Positions 14,201-28,849 of a stretch of DNA of 64,000 nt are shown one piece after another. Position numbers and translations under genes: made by a program. Origin of the DNA: the human T2T-CHM13v2.0 reference genome, Homo sapiens. Below the pieces are notes generated by a model. That model did not search any database, was not told where the DNA came from, and was given only the letters and a program-made list of their open reading frames with translations. Location: the NCBI RefSeq assembly GCF_009914755.1, contig NC_060932.1. One strand, written 5' to 3'. Numbering within the stretch: the stretch's first letter is position 1; each line of letters begins with the position of its first letter.

Positions 14201-15999
14201 ATGACTCCACATGCTTCTTGCCTGTTATTTACAGAAGGCCCTCTTGTCTTCCGTGCTCACTGCGTGGATGGAACACCCAGGCAATGGGACACCAGGGGTC
14301 TGTATGTGCTGCCTGTGCCAGTGTTCTGAGAAGCTCCCTGAGACTGGTTTGGTGTAAGGGCTGTCAGTCTGCTCCACAAACCCAGAATAAATTGGATTGG
14401 AAAAGTAGGAAACCTCATTTAGCTTTTGTGCCTAAACTTTGTATACCCAAGCACTGTTTACCAAAAAAGTTCTGGATTTGGAAGTAGTTAAGTATTCAAA
14501 ACATATTCAACTATTTATGAAAATGATGCTTATTATTCTATGTTTATTTCTCTCAGCAGGGAAGCCCAAAGAGTAGGGGAGATGAGGAGTAGGTTGTGGA
14601 ATCAACACCCTTCCTCCTGCCTCCAAACCACCTGCACTGCCCAAGGAGGGGCCATTCTTTTTTGGGAGCCCATTATGTACTTAGCTGTGGATGAGGGTGT
14701 ATGTGTGTCTTATATTCCTGCTTACATTATGGATAGAAGATTGAAGGTCACACTTCTGTGGGTGTCCTACTGCACCCAAAAGGGTATTTTACATAAAGCA
14801 TGAATAATTGCACCTTTTCCCCCAAACGTCATATACTTTGATATAACATTTTGTAGAGTTAGGAGTCAGGCTTTCATGGGGCAGAGGGCTGGGTTATGTC
14901 CAGTTAATGGGCAGGCATGTAGATTATACTTTGCTTTTGATAGGTGAGGGACTCTTTCAAGTACTATTCTACTTCCTCTGTGGTTAGTTTTTTTCTCCCA
15001 TTCTTCTATTCTTTTTCATCTTTGGGGCTGTACATCAGGGGAGGAGGGTGCTGCAGTTTGCTATTATAATGGGAAAAAATGAGAGAGAAAGCAAAGAGAG
15101 TAGGTAGCTGTACTCAGCTTTATTTATTTTATCCACACCTCAAGCTCTTATTAGGAAAGGGTGGGTTCTTCTTTTCTTTTTTTTTAGGGGGGCGGTTTTC
15201 TTATAGAATAATTACTGGTATTCTCTGGTTGATAAGCTAAGAGAAAAGAGAGTCAGGGAAAAGTACTTTACTGTTTTTCTATGTTGTGTTCATTGGTTGT
15301 TTTTGTCTGTCTAGTACCAAACTTTCCACCAACCACATACCCTCTTCACGGTTCCCCTCCTTCCTTCTCCAACAGGGAAAGGCAGGCACCAGTGGATTCC
15401 TCTGTAGTCAAGACTTAACATAACCAGGAATTCTTCCTAAAGGAAGAAGCTATCAATTAGCTAATTATACTTTTCCCATCCCAAATTTGTTGGACTTCTT
15501 TGAAGACAGGATGATTTAAATGAGTGGAGAAGGCTTACCTGGGTGGAGGGAAGCAGGGAGTACCAACGCATAGAGTGGGAGGAAGGTTGGAAATATGAGT
15601 GAGAGAAGGTGTTGATAGTGGAAGGTTGCAGAGAAGTTGTCTGAGAACTTATTCAGAGCCAGATGGAGGAATTGTTCTACTGATTCTCAAGAAGAATTGA
15701 GAGTTCTTGCAGCAATTGTTATTATGTGGTTTTGCAACTTCTCTATAATCTCTTATAAGAGTAGTTTCTCTTAGAAGCCTAGTCAGTATACCTGAAACTT
15801 TAATTCCACTTACCATTATAATGAGAAAATAAATTGTCTTATTAGATTCTGTGCACCAAGGGGCAAGACCTGAAAGGAGGATGGAACGGTGTGTAGCGGG
15901 GATGGCAGTTGATCTGCAAAATCAGGCATGGAAATTCTGAACTGTTATTGGAGAGGGAAAAGGAACAAGCTACAGTTAACTGGTAAAACTCAGTCATAT

Positions 16000-16310
16000 T
16001 ATAGGTTAATCAAGGCCATAGACTGTGTGCTTGGTACTATGGAAGATAAAGTGATATGGAAAGCATGATCAGTGACCAGTGGGCTTGTAATCTAAATGTG
16101 GAGACACCCAGACCTTAGAAAATAACTATCCCATAGGATTATTTTTGGCAAAATGTCAAATGAACAGGTCATAGATAAATGATTTAAGAATTCAGAGGAG
16201 GTAGAGCTCACTTCTACCTGGAAGGGTAAGAATAAGCTTTTGTTGACGGGGAGAGGCTGGAGGTGGACCTTCAAGGGTGGGTGGGACAGAGATTTGTCAG
16301 CAGACATGAA
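16000..16310 (-). mobile_element. L2 fragment
   Basis: Purine-rich antisense L2-like sequence (gaattcagaggaggtagagctcactt...ctggaccttcaagg-like). Confidence 0.5.
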
Positions 16311-16319
16311 TATGGGGTG

Positions 16320-16530
16320 CTGGGTTGGGCACTTTACACATCACAGTGTGGATACAACACCCTGGAAAAACCCTATCACTCCCATTTTAGAGTAAGGAAG
16401 CATAGGCTCAGAAAGTATAAATATATGACCCAAACTTCCTTAACCATTGACAGGACAAGTTATAGCTGAATTTCAGACTTAAGCCCTCTGGCTCCAAACC
16501 CATCCTATTCCAGTACCAGTTTGCCTTTAT
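16320..16530 (-). mobile_element. MIR
   Basis: cccattttagagtaaggaagcataggctcagaaag. Confidence 0.75.
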
Positions 16531-17039
16531 GACCTTCTATACACAGAAATGCTCTGAGAACAAGAAAGCAAGTATTTTGCACCCAGGATGGAAACCACAT
16601 CATTTTGGTAAGGGTACAGGTCATTTGGGAAAAAATGAGTGATGAGTTTAAACAGTGGTCTAGGTTTGGAAAAATAGTCTAGAACTATTGAAGGAATTTC
16701 AGGCAGAGAATGAGGTCAGCCAAACTATGTTTTAGAGAGAAGAGCTGCAAAAGGAATGATTTTGTAGATATGGCAAATGTTTATTTAACTTGTAGCATTT
16801 TAAACTAGATTACTTTTAGCTTAGGTCTGCATCTGAAAATCAGTGATTTACGTAGTCAACCTTTATGAAAGTTTTCTTTGATTAGTCAATCTAGAAAAGC
16901 ATAGGCTTTATTTTTTTTAATTTTTATTTCTCATGCTTGTGTTTTGTTGCATTGCGTTTATCCTGGATGCCTTAATGAAATGGTGCGATATGACCCAGGG
17001 CTCTCATCTGTTTAACTTTGCTAATTTGCTCCATTTTCA

Positions 17040-17400
17040 AATGAGTTTCCTTGGCTGCAGGAGCAGCAGCAGAGCATGAACTCTGCTGAAAGGAATTTCA
17101 GTTACACCGCTACTGCCACCTCTGGGGCCCCCGGATAATTTTCTTATCGTCTTTTTGCCGTTTGGGAACAAAGCCACGTTGTTCACGACTGAAATACAGT
17201 TTTTAAATGTGCCTCCTACCGTGTTTTTATAGAAAGAGAGCCTCTTCTCCTGGAAAATAAAACACCATTGATTGAACCAACAGCCCTTCGAAAGGGCTTT
17301 AATTATTGCATTAATTACAAACTTCAGGACAAACCAGGGCCCAGTAGTAGGGAGCCATTGAGCAGATTTCTGAGCGGCTTTAAAGAAAATGTTAAAAGCC
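17040..17400. promoter_or_regulatory. Candidate conserved enhancer-like element
   Basis: Non-repetitive; 9 CpGs in 17100-17380; inverted GATA pair, AACAAAG (SOX/TCF-like), TGATTGA (PBX-like) and paired TAATTA homeodomain sites. Function is inferred only. Confidence 0.4.
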
Positions 17401-18084
17401 TTTTAGATCTAAGAGGCTGAAATTGAGAGAAGGAGGTGGGCATGTGGGAGACACTACCTTCTTCAAGTTATAAGCTTTGCATTAAAAAATATCCTCTTCC
17501 CTCTCTGATTTGTGTTTCCTGGGAAAGCTCCAATGACTCATTGCTCCAAGGCCTCAACATTTTCTACCCTGACATTGATGAGAGAGAGGAAAGTGGGGAG
17601 GTGGTCTAAATGTCATAGAGTAGAACTTCTCCAAAAAAATAGGTCACTGGGGAAAAAAGAAATACTCTTGGAATAATCCTTTAACATGATCATCTTCAAA
17701 ATGCTCACTTTTTATTCTGAAGAAAAAGAAGAAAGAAAAAAGGCAAGTAATTTCTTTCTCTGGCAAAACATTCACTGAGGTGTTTTCATTCAATTACTTT
17801 GATGGTTGGCTGTTGGGAAAATTATCAAAAGTGAATATGGGTTTGGGAACTACTAGAAGATTCTCAAAGTTGCTTTTTATGATCTCTTTCCCAGGGAAAA
17901 TAAATCATTAAATACTGAGGTGGCTAGATGAAATTGAATGCTACATCTCATGGTTTATTCAGAATGGGCTCTTCCATCTGACATCCTTTTGACAGGTTCT
18001 ACCACATGTGGCATTTCTGGCAGGTATGAGGGTAGGTTTCACATTCTAAAATGAAACTGGCAGTCACACGTTTCCCTGGTTTAA

Positions 18085-18280
18085 AACATTTTAGCACTTA
18101 TTATGTGCCAAATAGTGCTCTAAGCTGTTAACATGTTAACTCATTTAATCCTTACAACAATTTTGTGAGGCAGGAACTATTATAACTATTTAGCAGATAA
18201 GGAAACTGAGCCTTAGCAAGGTCACAGTGGAGAGCGGGCTGTCCGGCTCCAGTGTCTACTTAATTCTAACCGAATACTCT
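18085..18280 (-). mobile_element. MIR
   Basis: aactcatttaatccttacaacaa...cagataaggaaactgag...aaggtcacag. Confidence 0.85.
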
Positions 18281-18379
18281 GGGAGACAAAGACGTTCGTC
18301 TCAATTCATATCACCTTGAATATTCATTGCCAGTTGATGATTGTTATTCTTAATTCCCTGCAAAGACTCAACCAGTCAA

Positions 18380-18930
18380 ACAATTAATCAAACACTGATT
18401 TACCAATTTTCTGGGCACAAGATTAGGCATTAGGAGATGAGTAAAGATCCCATTCCTACATTAGGAGTTCCCAATCTAATACAGAAGATGGATAAGCAAA
18501 TAGGGTGCCAGAGGTTGGAGTTTGTGGCTCAGATTTGGGAGGGTTCATTTATCAATTCATTATTTTAACAAAGTGTAGTGCTAGTATATGCCAAGCACTG
18601 TGAGTGATTCCCCCATCCCCTGCTCCTCAGTGGTTGCAGTCTGATCAGGGGAGATGGATAAGCAAGCAGCATGTTGCATTTTGGTGTGATAATTGCTGTA
18701 ATTATGGGCAAGTACATGCAGGGGTACTACATTTGTAAATGTACCAAGGGAGGTAATGGCCTGTTCAGGAAACTGCACTGTGACTTAGCATGGCTGGAGG
18801 GTCCAGTGAAAGCACAGAGAAGGTAAGAGGTGAGGCTGCAGAAGGCCCCAGAAAGGGTTGGGAGTCAAGGACATTGTCTGCCATTTCAGAGACTCTGGAC
18901 TCCATTAGGACATTGAGAATGTTACTTGGT
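18380..18930 (-). mobile_element. Two L2 3'-end fragments
   Basis: Two antisense L2 tails, each followed by gatggataagcaa. Confidence 0.55.
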
Positions 18931-20068
18931 ACCCAGCAGTAAGAGTTCCTTTTCATCCAAGCTCTCATGTCACTTTAATTGAAAAGTAGAAAAGCAGAAA
19001 GAAAGAGTATCCTAAAATTAAGCAATGATAAGACACTGCAAATTTCCGAAGATTGGAAATTGCCACTTTTATGTAGAGCTTATGGCTATTTTCTCGCTGG
19101 AGACAGACTGAAAAAGTGAGGTCCATATCTGTGTCTATTTCTGGGATATTGGCTCAGCAATAAAGATGTTAGAAAAAATAAAATGATGGGGTTAAAAATC
19201 AACACATGTCACATTAATTTCTGATTCTTCTATTGGAAGAGGATCACATTTCAAGGTCAAAAGATGGAGCAGTGAGATTTGTAGAGAGAAAATTTATGGG
19301 TGGATATTTGAAAATTTTCTATAAGTAAGCATTGAGAACATTACGAAGCTACCAGATTTTGTAATTTTCAAAATTACAAGGAATGTAGTGGAATTGGATA
19401 ATGGATGGTGGAACCTCTTATTCTTGGATCATTGGTTTAGATAGATCCCAGATTGGCAATAAAGGAAATTTATTTCAATTTTATGTCTGCTCAGTGGCTG
19501 AAATGAAGTGGGTTAATAGGTGCAGTTTTGCTTTTTGTGGAGGAATGCCCTAGTCACAGAAACCCCTAAAGCAAACTGGCCTTTATATCCCCCCAGATGT
19601 TTTTCCAGGATGGGTAGTAACAGAGAGGGATATCTCTTTGTCTTGGATTTCCTTTATATTGTGTGTCAAAATGGACAGTGTACAAAGAGTACTATTCAAA
19701 AGTGTGAGACTAATCTCAGTTTATTGTGAAATTCAATGGATCACAAAGTACTGTGTCCCCAAACCAAAACAGATGATTGGAAAATTGAAGACTAGATATT
19801 TGGAATTGCCTGAATGCTGGAGGATGGTGTGGGCAGGGGTGGAGGCCTGGGTTTCTGGCATGTAACCCTAAAGTCCTTTTTATCTTTAGTCTTGTATTCT
19901 ACCTGAGTAGTAGGTATTGTGAAAAGTATGTTTTCTATGAGTTTACAGATACAGTTCCTGGCATAATGTACAGCATATAGCAGGAATCCTGTAATCATTG
20001 AAGGAGTTAATAAATGATATCATCAGCATAGAACAGTTTGGCTGCTTTATGTATAACTCAGGCTACTA

Positions 20069-21186
<1,118 letters not shown>

Positions 21187-21993
21187 TAAACCCATATAGA
21201 GATAAGGAGTCTTGGTACAACATGTGCTTTATAGAAAGGAAAATTTTAGGTCTCAGTTGTAGACTTAGAGAAATTCAGGACTAAGACATTTCTGTGCATT
21301 TAGTTCCTTTTCATTTTTATTTTCCTACCACCTTCCCCCAGCCAGCTTTCATCTTTTTCTCTCAAAGCTCTGCAAATCATTGAAAAAATTTTCCATGTTA
21401 TTTTTTAGGACAAAAACTTACTAAAAGTCATCCATCCAGCACTGAGTTCTTACTCACGGGGGTCACCACTGCTGTGTTCTAGTTCCTTTGCTTTTGTTTT
21501 GTTCACTGGCCCCTCCTCTCCAATCCCTGAGCTCCTACACTGCAGGCCTTCCTTTTTATTTTACGTTTTACACTCTCCCAACCTGACTTTATCCTTTCAA
21601 TCAAAGATCATTAATAAATCTTGTATTGCCATTACCTCATAAAATAAGTATTCCATTTAATCACATTATCTATGTATCTGAAATCAGGAAGATACCGAAA
21701 GGTGGTAAACAGGAAATGGGAATATTGGCAGAAATGTACTACTGTACAGCTGAGAATTGTCATTCTCTTTGTTTTTTTTTTTTGTCGAAAATAAACCTTC
21801 TGACAGAGATGATCAGAGAAAGGGATCATAAGTGGTTTCATATGAATATCAAGATTGGCTCCCATTACATTTTGGCACTAGGTGTTAAGTTTTTATCTCT
21901 CTGATCCTGATAGGTGGTGGTACTTGGTGGGCAGTGTCATGAAAACCAAGAGAACCAGGGCCTTATATTTCTTTTATTTTAACTTGGGTTTTT

Positions 21994-22385
21994 ATTTTTT
22001 TTCTTTGCAACTTTTATATTATGTTCAAGGGGGTGCATATGCAGGTTTGTTACTTGGGTAAATTGCATGTTGCAAGGGTTTGGTTTACAAATAATTTCAT
22101 CACCCAGGTAATCAACATAATAACCGATAGGTACTTTTTCAGTTCTCACCCTTCTCTCGCCCTCAATCCACAAATAGGTCCCAGTGTCTATTGTTCCCAT
22201 CTTTATATCCAAGTGTACTGAATATTTAGCTCCCACTTATAAGTGAGAACATGTGGTATTTGGTTTTCTGTTCCTGTGTTAATTCACCTAGGATTGTGGC
22301 CTCCAGCTCCATCTGTGTTGCTTCAAAGGCCATGATCTCATTTTTTTTTAATAACTGTAAGGAACTCAAATCAACAAACAAAACA
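21994..22385 (-). mobile_element. 5'-truncated L1PA (PA15/16-like) with a short inverted piece
   Basis: Antisense L1 3'UTR (tcccacttataagtgagaacatg); TSD taacttgggtttt (21980) / taacttgagtttt (22386). Confidence 0.9.
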
Positions 22386-24329
22386 TAACTTGAGTTTTGA
22401 GAGGTGTTTTCTACCAGATACTTCCCTTTGAACTTTGTATGTGACTTCCTAGAGAGAAAGTGTGTTGAGGAAGTTCACTAATCTATTCTGCAGTGAGAGA
22501 AGACGACAGGCTACCAGGGAAAAATAGAAGATCAAAACCTTTTTATTTATTTATTTTTGTTTGTTTTTAAAGTATCTGTTTCCATATGTATACTATTGTG
22601 CAACCAATTAGTTGGGGATAGCGGATTTTTATGTAGCTGGCAAACTTATCAGGCAGAAGAGAATTATCATGTATATTTCAGCAGCAATTTATGAACAGGT
22701 TTGTTTCTAAAGGATGCACATGTATTTTGGGTTTCACTCTTAGTTTCACTCTGATTAATTTGCTTAATAAATCTTCCTTCTTAAAGACAGAGGAGAGGCA
22801 AACACAAGTCAAGCTTTTGTTTTAGCCAGTAGATTTATAATTAATGACTTTTGTTGATTTAAGAAGCTTTCTGAACAATTCTTGGAATGCAGTGGTGGCA
22901 TCATGAAAGGAGCAAAGGGAACATTTTCGTGGGACATAAGTAAGATTTAGGAGAGGGAGGAGTTCACAGACTATCATTAATTTTACAGGAGGAGAAAATC
23001 AATGTCAGTAGGAAAAAAGATACGTACAAAAGATGACTTCTGGATTTGAGGAACCATTCTCAATAGCAGAAAATAGAGCTGTTCTCAAGACATATGTTAG
23101 GTCTCTCACAATCTATCAGCAATAAAAAAAGATAGCAATATAGAGATGAAAGAGGAAGAGAGAAGAAGGATTAAGATCAGCTGTCAAAATGTTGCATACA
23201 AAATGTATTGAATGTCACTATTATAATAGGTCTTACTGTAATTAAATTTCCTGTCTATTTGGATTTGCTCATCTTAAAGCTTTTTCAGTTGTCAGTGTGA
23301 GAAATGTTTCCTATCTAGGTGTTTTTTCCTCCCTGTTAAGTATCAGCACAGTGTAATTCACCATAGTTGGGTAGGGTGGTACTGAGAATGTTTCCTACCT
23401 CAGCAAGCCTAATGTATATGATTGCTTTTTGTGAAGAGTTTTTTTTCCATTTCTACCATTAACAAGGTGTTAGACACTTAGCTTGGTAGTAGACAAACCA
23501 TTAGATCAATATTCCCAGAACTAGAGAGTTCTGATATTGGCAGGCATTATTTATTCCATTAAAAAATGTCATATTCATTTAACAAAGATGGAATGCAGAT
23601 AGTTTCACCGAAGCCATGAGTGTGATAAAGGCTATAGACAAAAGATTCCTGTGAAGTGACCATCTGGACCAGTTTAGGTGTTAGGATTTCTGAGGTTCTT
23701 GAACAAGAGCTGTGCCTGCTAGCTCATGTTTTAGAACCCATGTACAGGAAAATTGAGGTTGTGTTTAAAAAATATGGCATGTAGCACAGGAAATATGTGT
23801 TTTCAGAGCAAATGATAACTTAATATTGGCTGAATAATTTGTAAGAATACTGATTTTTTTGTCATATAACCTATATATTTTCTTAAGGAAGATAGGTTTA
23901 TAAGGAAAAATTGCAATAATTAAACTGAGCATACCAACAAGGAAAAATAATTTAACTATTATGATGACTCATTTAGTTGGCATCCTCGAGTAATGAGGTG
24001 CTCTAGATTAATTTTCCTGAGAGCAGAAATATATCCCTTTAAATGATTAAGCATTTTATCTTCATCAATCTTTGAATAATATATTTCCAAGATATATTTT
24101 ACATTCCTTTGTGTCATAAATATGCTTTACAATGTATAGGGCTAGAATCATAGTTTTTTTTTTTTTTTAAGAGTTTAAAGAAACACTGGGAGATCTTGGA
24201 AAATAATATTACCACATTGGAGTGCAACATTCTTGTCTCTGATATATGAGGTTTTGATTAGATGATCATCAAAATTCCTTCTCTTTCTAACATTCTCTAA
24301 ATAAAAAGTCGTTTATGTTTTAAATTGTA

Positions 24330-24490
24330 GTATATATAAGAATCAGCTAGGGTCTTTGTTAAACTTGCAGATACTCAGACATCATCCCTAGAGGTTCTGA
24401 TTTAGTAGATTTGGTGGGAGAGAAGAGAATCTGTATCATAAATAATCACCTAGAGCCATTCTGATGACCTCATTTAGAGAAACACTGATT
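24330..24490. mobile_element. MER5-family MITE
   Basis: ttgttaaacttgcagatactcag...ttctgatttagtag...gagaaacactg. Confidence 0.65.
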
Positions 24491-24994
24491 CTCTTTCCAC
24501 TCTTGTATAACAGACACCATTACTCTTGCTGGCCACGTGGTCCTTGAAAAGATCATTGCTGCTTTACCCTCAGTGGCATTGAGTTGTGAGGGGCTGATGA
24601 GACTAATAACTATGCTTTGATAGTCTTTGCTTTCTGAACCTTTCCTCAGTATTACCTGTCACTTTGTTAATGGTAGCTACTGAGGAAAACCAGATCATCA
24701 AGCTTATTAAATCAGATGCCCTGTACTTGTACATTTAATAAGTCATTGAGTTCTAATCTTAGGTCTGGGTAGAGGCAGGGGAAGGACTGTCTATTTTCTC
24801 CTGTAGTCTAAAGTGCATGCATTTAGCAGTGATGATTATATTCCCTGTTTGGAGGTCTTTTACTCTTTTGTCATGTTCTGGTTGTTTTAAGAAAGTCAAG
24901 TTTTCTAGAAGCATGACGTCAGAATAAGTGGCACATTACTCTATAAATATCTTAATTTTCATGGTGAGATTCATAGTCAGGATGGTCTATGACT

Positions 24995-25735
24995 TTCAAA
25001 TATTAAAAATTTAAATATACCATAAAATTCTCCTTTAAAGTATACTGTTCAATGATTTTTAGTAAAATCTGTAAATTTAGAGATCCATAATCTAATTTTA
25101 GAACATTTCCATCATCCCCCAAAAGAAATCAGGTAACTGTTCCCACTCCTAAATCCAGTCAATCAATAATTTACTTCTTATCTCTATAGATTTACCTTTT
25201 CTAGACATTTCATATGAATGAGATCATACAGTATATGCCCTTCTGTGTCTGGTGTCTTTCAGTTAGTGTAAAGTTATTGAGGTTCATTCATGTTTTAGCA
25301 TGAATCAGATTGCCAAATAATATTCTGTTGTATGCAGTTACTACATTTTATTTATCCATTTACCAGTTAATGGACATTTGGATTGTTTCCACTTTTTGAC
25401 TATTATGGCTAGTGTGTTCAAATCTTTGTGCAGACATACATTTTAATTCTACTTGAGTAGTTTTACCTAGGAGTAGAACTTCTGGGTCATATGGTAAATC
25501 TGTTTCAAGGTAGCAGTTTCACATGTTACAGTTCTACCCGCAACGTATAAGGGTTTCACTTTCTCTACATCCTTGCCAATACTTATTATTATTATTGGAT
25601 ACAAGTCCCTTATTGGATATATGATTTTCAAATACTTTCACCTAGTCAGTGAGTTACCTTTTTACTTTCTGAATGGTGTCCTGTGAAACACAGTATATTT
25701 TATTTTGATGGATCCCCGTTTATCTTTCATCTATG
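24995..25735 (-). mobile_element. L1MB-like 3' end
   Basis: ttttagaacatttccatcatccccc; tctatagatttaccttttctagacatttcatatgaatg; cctaggagtagaa. Confidence 0.85.
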
Positions 25736-26231
25736 CATCTGGGTACTTTTTTTTTTTTAAAGAGGAATCTTTAACCCAATACTCATGCCTTCTTGAGGCT
25801 TACTCAAGATCTTGTAAGCTTTGTTTAGTATGAAGTCCCTAGTGATACCTAGCATATAGCACCTAGTTTAAACAGATTACAGATGAATATTCAAAGTTTT
25901 TGACCTGAATTTACTGTAGTCAACAGTTACCCTAAAGCCTTAAAGATTACCAAAGCCATGATAGACTCAGCCACCATCATGCAATGGCTATGTCCTTCGT
26001 AGCATCCTTTCTTCACATTCATCTTTGCTTTCAGCATATGAAGGGGGGAATGTAGGTCTTTAATTTACCTTGTACTGTGGGGTAGCACTATCCTTTCCTT
26101 ACTCCATTTTCAGGCCCTTGGATGCAGGACCCTTCTCTGAGGTCCCACAGAGGTGGAGGCCCAGCCTGAGCTTTTACAGGTTTTAGAGTAAGATGTCAGG
26201 ACAGCAGTTCACACTCAGCCACATCCCATTA

Positions 26232-26539
<308 letters not shown>

Positions 26540-26924
26540 GTTGCTGCTGTAGAGTTTTGTCATAAGAACATACTGGCTGCAGTGTCCATAGGCAAAGATG
26601 AAGCTTTACTGAGGGCTGATATACTCAATACTTCTGCCCAGTCCACTTGAGTCTGTCTTTGCCTAAATACTAAATTGTTTGAATTCTCCTTTAGTTTTAG
26701 ATTTTCCCTACTGAATTGACATGGAGAAATGTTATCAAGTCCAATTTGCAAGAATGCTGGATTTCCACTTGGAGCTTTTGTTTTCTTGGGCCTAGAAGGC
26801 ATCTCTTGTTTATAAAAAAACACTGGGCATCATTGTACATGAGAAACTTAAAGACAGTGCATATCTGGTAGCAGTTGATATACAGTGTATTATTCCTAAA
26901 TGTAGTAATAACACCTTACAATTG

Positions 26925-27110
26925 GAAAAAAAATGAGTTATAGATGACCAAATGCTTCCATAAATATGATCACATTTGGTCCTCCCATCTCTGTGAAGAA
27001 TTATTATTCCTCTTTTACAGGTGAAGAAAATGACTTGTCAGAAGTCATTTATTTCCAAATATAGGACTTCTGATACCAAATTTTGTGCCTTTTCTGTAGT
27101 GCCATGCTTC
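26925..27110 (-). mobile_element. MIR
   Basis: ttattattcctcttttacaggtgaagaaaatga. Confidence 0.6.
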
Positions 27111-27685
27111 CTCTCCAAAGCAATAGTTGAATTTCTGCAATTTTAAGAAAATCATATATGTCGTGTTATATTAGACCCGTGGCTAATCTATAAGCAGTCA
27201 TTTATATTTTAAATGAAATCCATTAATGATATATTCACTTTCTAGGGCTTATTTCCATCTCAAGCTTCCATTTCTGATTGTAATGTGTAATGTTGCATTT
27301 CCTGTGAAAGGAATTCCAGGCTTTGGATTGTAGGTGGGTAAGATTAGTGGTGGGTCTTAGAGAGTCGGGAGATCCTGAGCATGGGAACAGCCTTTTGCCC
27401 GTAAGTTTATACTGTGCTCAAAGATAGTCTGAATAGTTTTAGGCTGCCTGGGGTCCCAAGGAGACTTTATGCCTCCCGATAGTAAATTTTGGGTCCCCAA
27501 AGACCCAACAATATTTCCATGCGATCATAGCTTGACCCCAATTTATGGATGCTTCCTTCCTTTCTTCTTTAATCCTTGACAACTTTCTTCCCCAAGATTT
27601 CCTCGTGTCAGGGACCCAGAGGCCATTCTTACTATGATCTCTTTCTTTTCCATTTCATTCCCTATGGCTTAGACCATTTAGGTGG

Positions 27686-27862
27686 GGCAGTGGTTCTCAC
27701 AGTGTGAACCACTCATCAGCAGCAACAGCTTGTTAAAAATGCAAACTCAGGACCCACCCCATATCTGCTTAATCAGAAAGGCCTGGGAGGTTGAACCCTC
27801 CAGTCCGTGTTTGATATACCTTCCAGGGGTTCTGGTGCATGCGCACATGTGAGATCCACTTG
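27686..27862. mobile_element. MER5A
   Basis: gcagtggttctcac...cagcagc...cttgttaaaaatgcaaa...aatcagaaa. Confidence 0.75.
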
Positions 27863-28130
27863 TGCAGTGGTTAAGAGCAAGGATTCTGGAATCAGCAGCC
27901 AGGTTTCAAATTTTAGCTCTGCCATTTGGCAGCTACCACTTCCTGCCATCCATTTACCTATATGATCTTTGGGGAAATTACTTTCCTCTCTAGACTTTAA
28001 TTTCCTAATCTGTAAACTTGTGGAATAAAATATGAATTACCTACATGGGAAGTTGTAGAAATGAAATAAGGTAATGCATACAAAGTGTCTCACGTGATGT
28101 CTGGCACTCTGCAAGCATCCCTGAATGGGA
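27863..28130 (+). mobile_element. MIR
   Basis: gcagtggttaagagcaaggattctggaatcag...tttcctaatctgtaaa...aatgcatacaaagtg. Confidence 0.85.
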
Positions 28131-28700
28131 GCTTTCATGGTTGATATGGACTCTGACCCTAGTCATTGCCTGCACAGTGCTTGATGACCTTCCCTTGCTT
28201 GTCTCTAGCAGCTTGGCATTTAACTACTCAATTCTAAACCTGAATGTTTGCCATGTGCTCCATTTTCAGTAGTATGAAAATGAGACTAGTTTTCACACTA
28301 AAATCCCTGTATGAAATATATTTGAAATTTTGCTTAGGTCTTGCTTTTGTTTTCTGCCACCCAGCCAGTTTCCTATCTGGGATAGGACATCGCTTTTGAT
28401 AATAATTCAATATTTAAAGCCTTTGTTTAAGAATGTGTCTTAAGACATGTTTAAAAGTCTAAATAAACATTATATCCTGTCTCAATTTATCTACCACTTA
28501 AAAAATTTCAAGTGTTTTTTATCTATCTATGTCTATCTATTGATATAGAATCTATGTAGGGATATAGAATCTATGGATTCTAAATAGATTCTATATAGAT
28601 ATGGATAGGTTTGATATCCCTATCTGTGGCTTTTCCCCTATAACATTTTTCTAACTTAATTGTCAGAATCTGTTCTCTAGTAGAAAATCCACCGATGTCA

Positions 28701-28795
28701 GAGGATCACTTGAATCTGGGAATTTGAGGCTGCAGTGAGCTGAGATCATGCCATTGCACTCCAGCCTGAGTGACAGAGAGACCCTGTCTCAAAAA
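28701..28795 (+). mobile_element. 5'-truncated Alu right-arm fragment (J-like)
   Basis: gaggatcacttgaa...gagaccctgtctcaaaaa. Confidence 0.9.
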
Positions 28796-28849
28796 GTTCA
28801 TCAACATACAGTATACTTCCAACAAATCCACAGTAAAATTTAATGTATT

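Noticed and set aside
17113-17132. CTCF-like motif (ccccagaggtggcag on the minus strand)
   Set aside because: Only the 3' half matches; the CCASY portion is mismatched
27001-27050. Strong-looking acceptor cctcttttacag|gtgaag
   Set aside because: It is the MIR core sequence, and no partner donor or reading frame is evident
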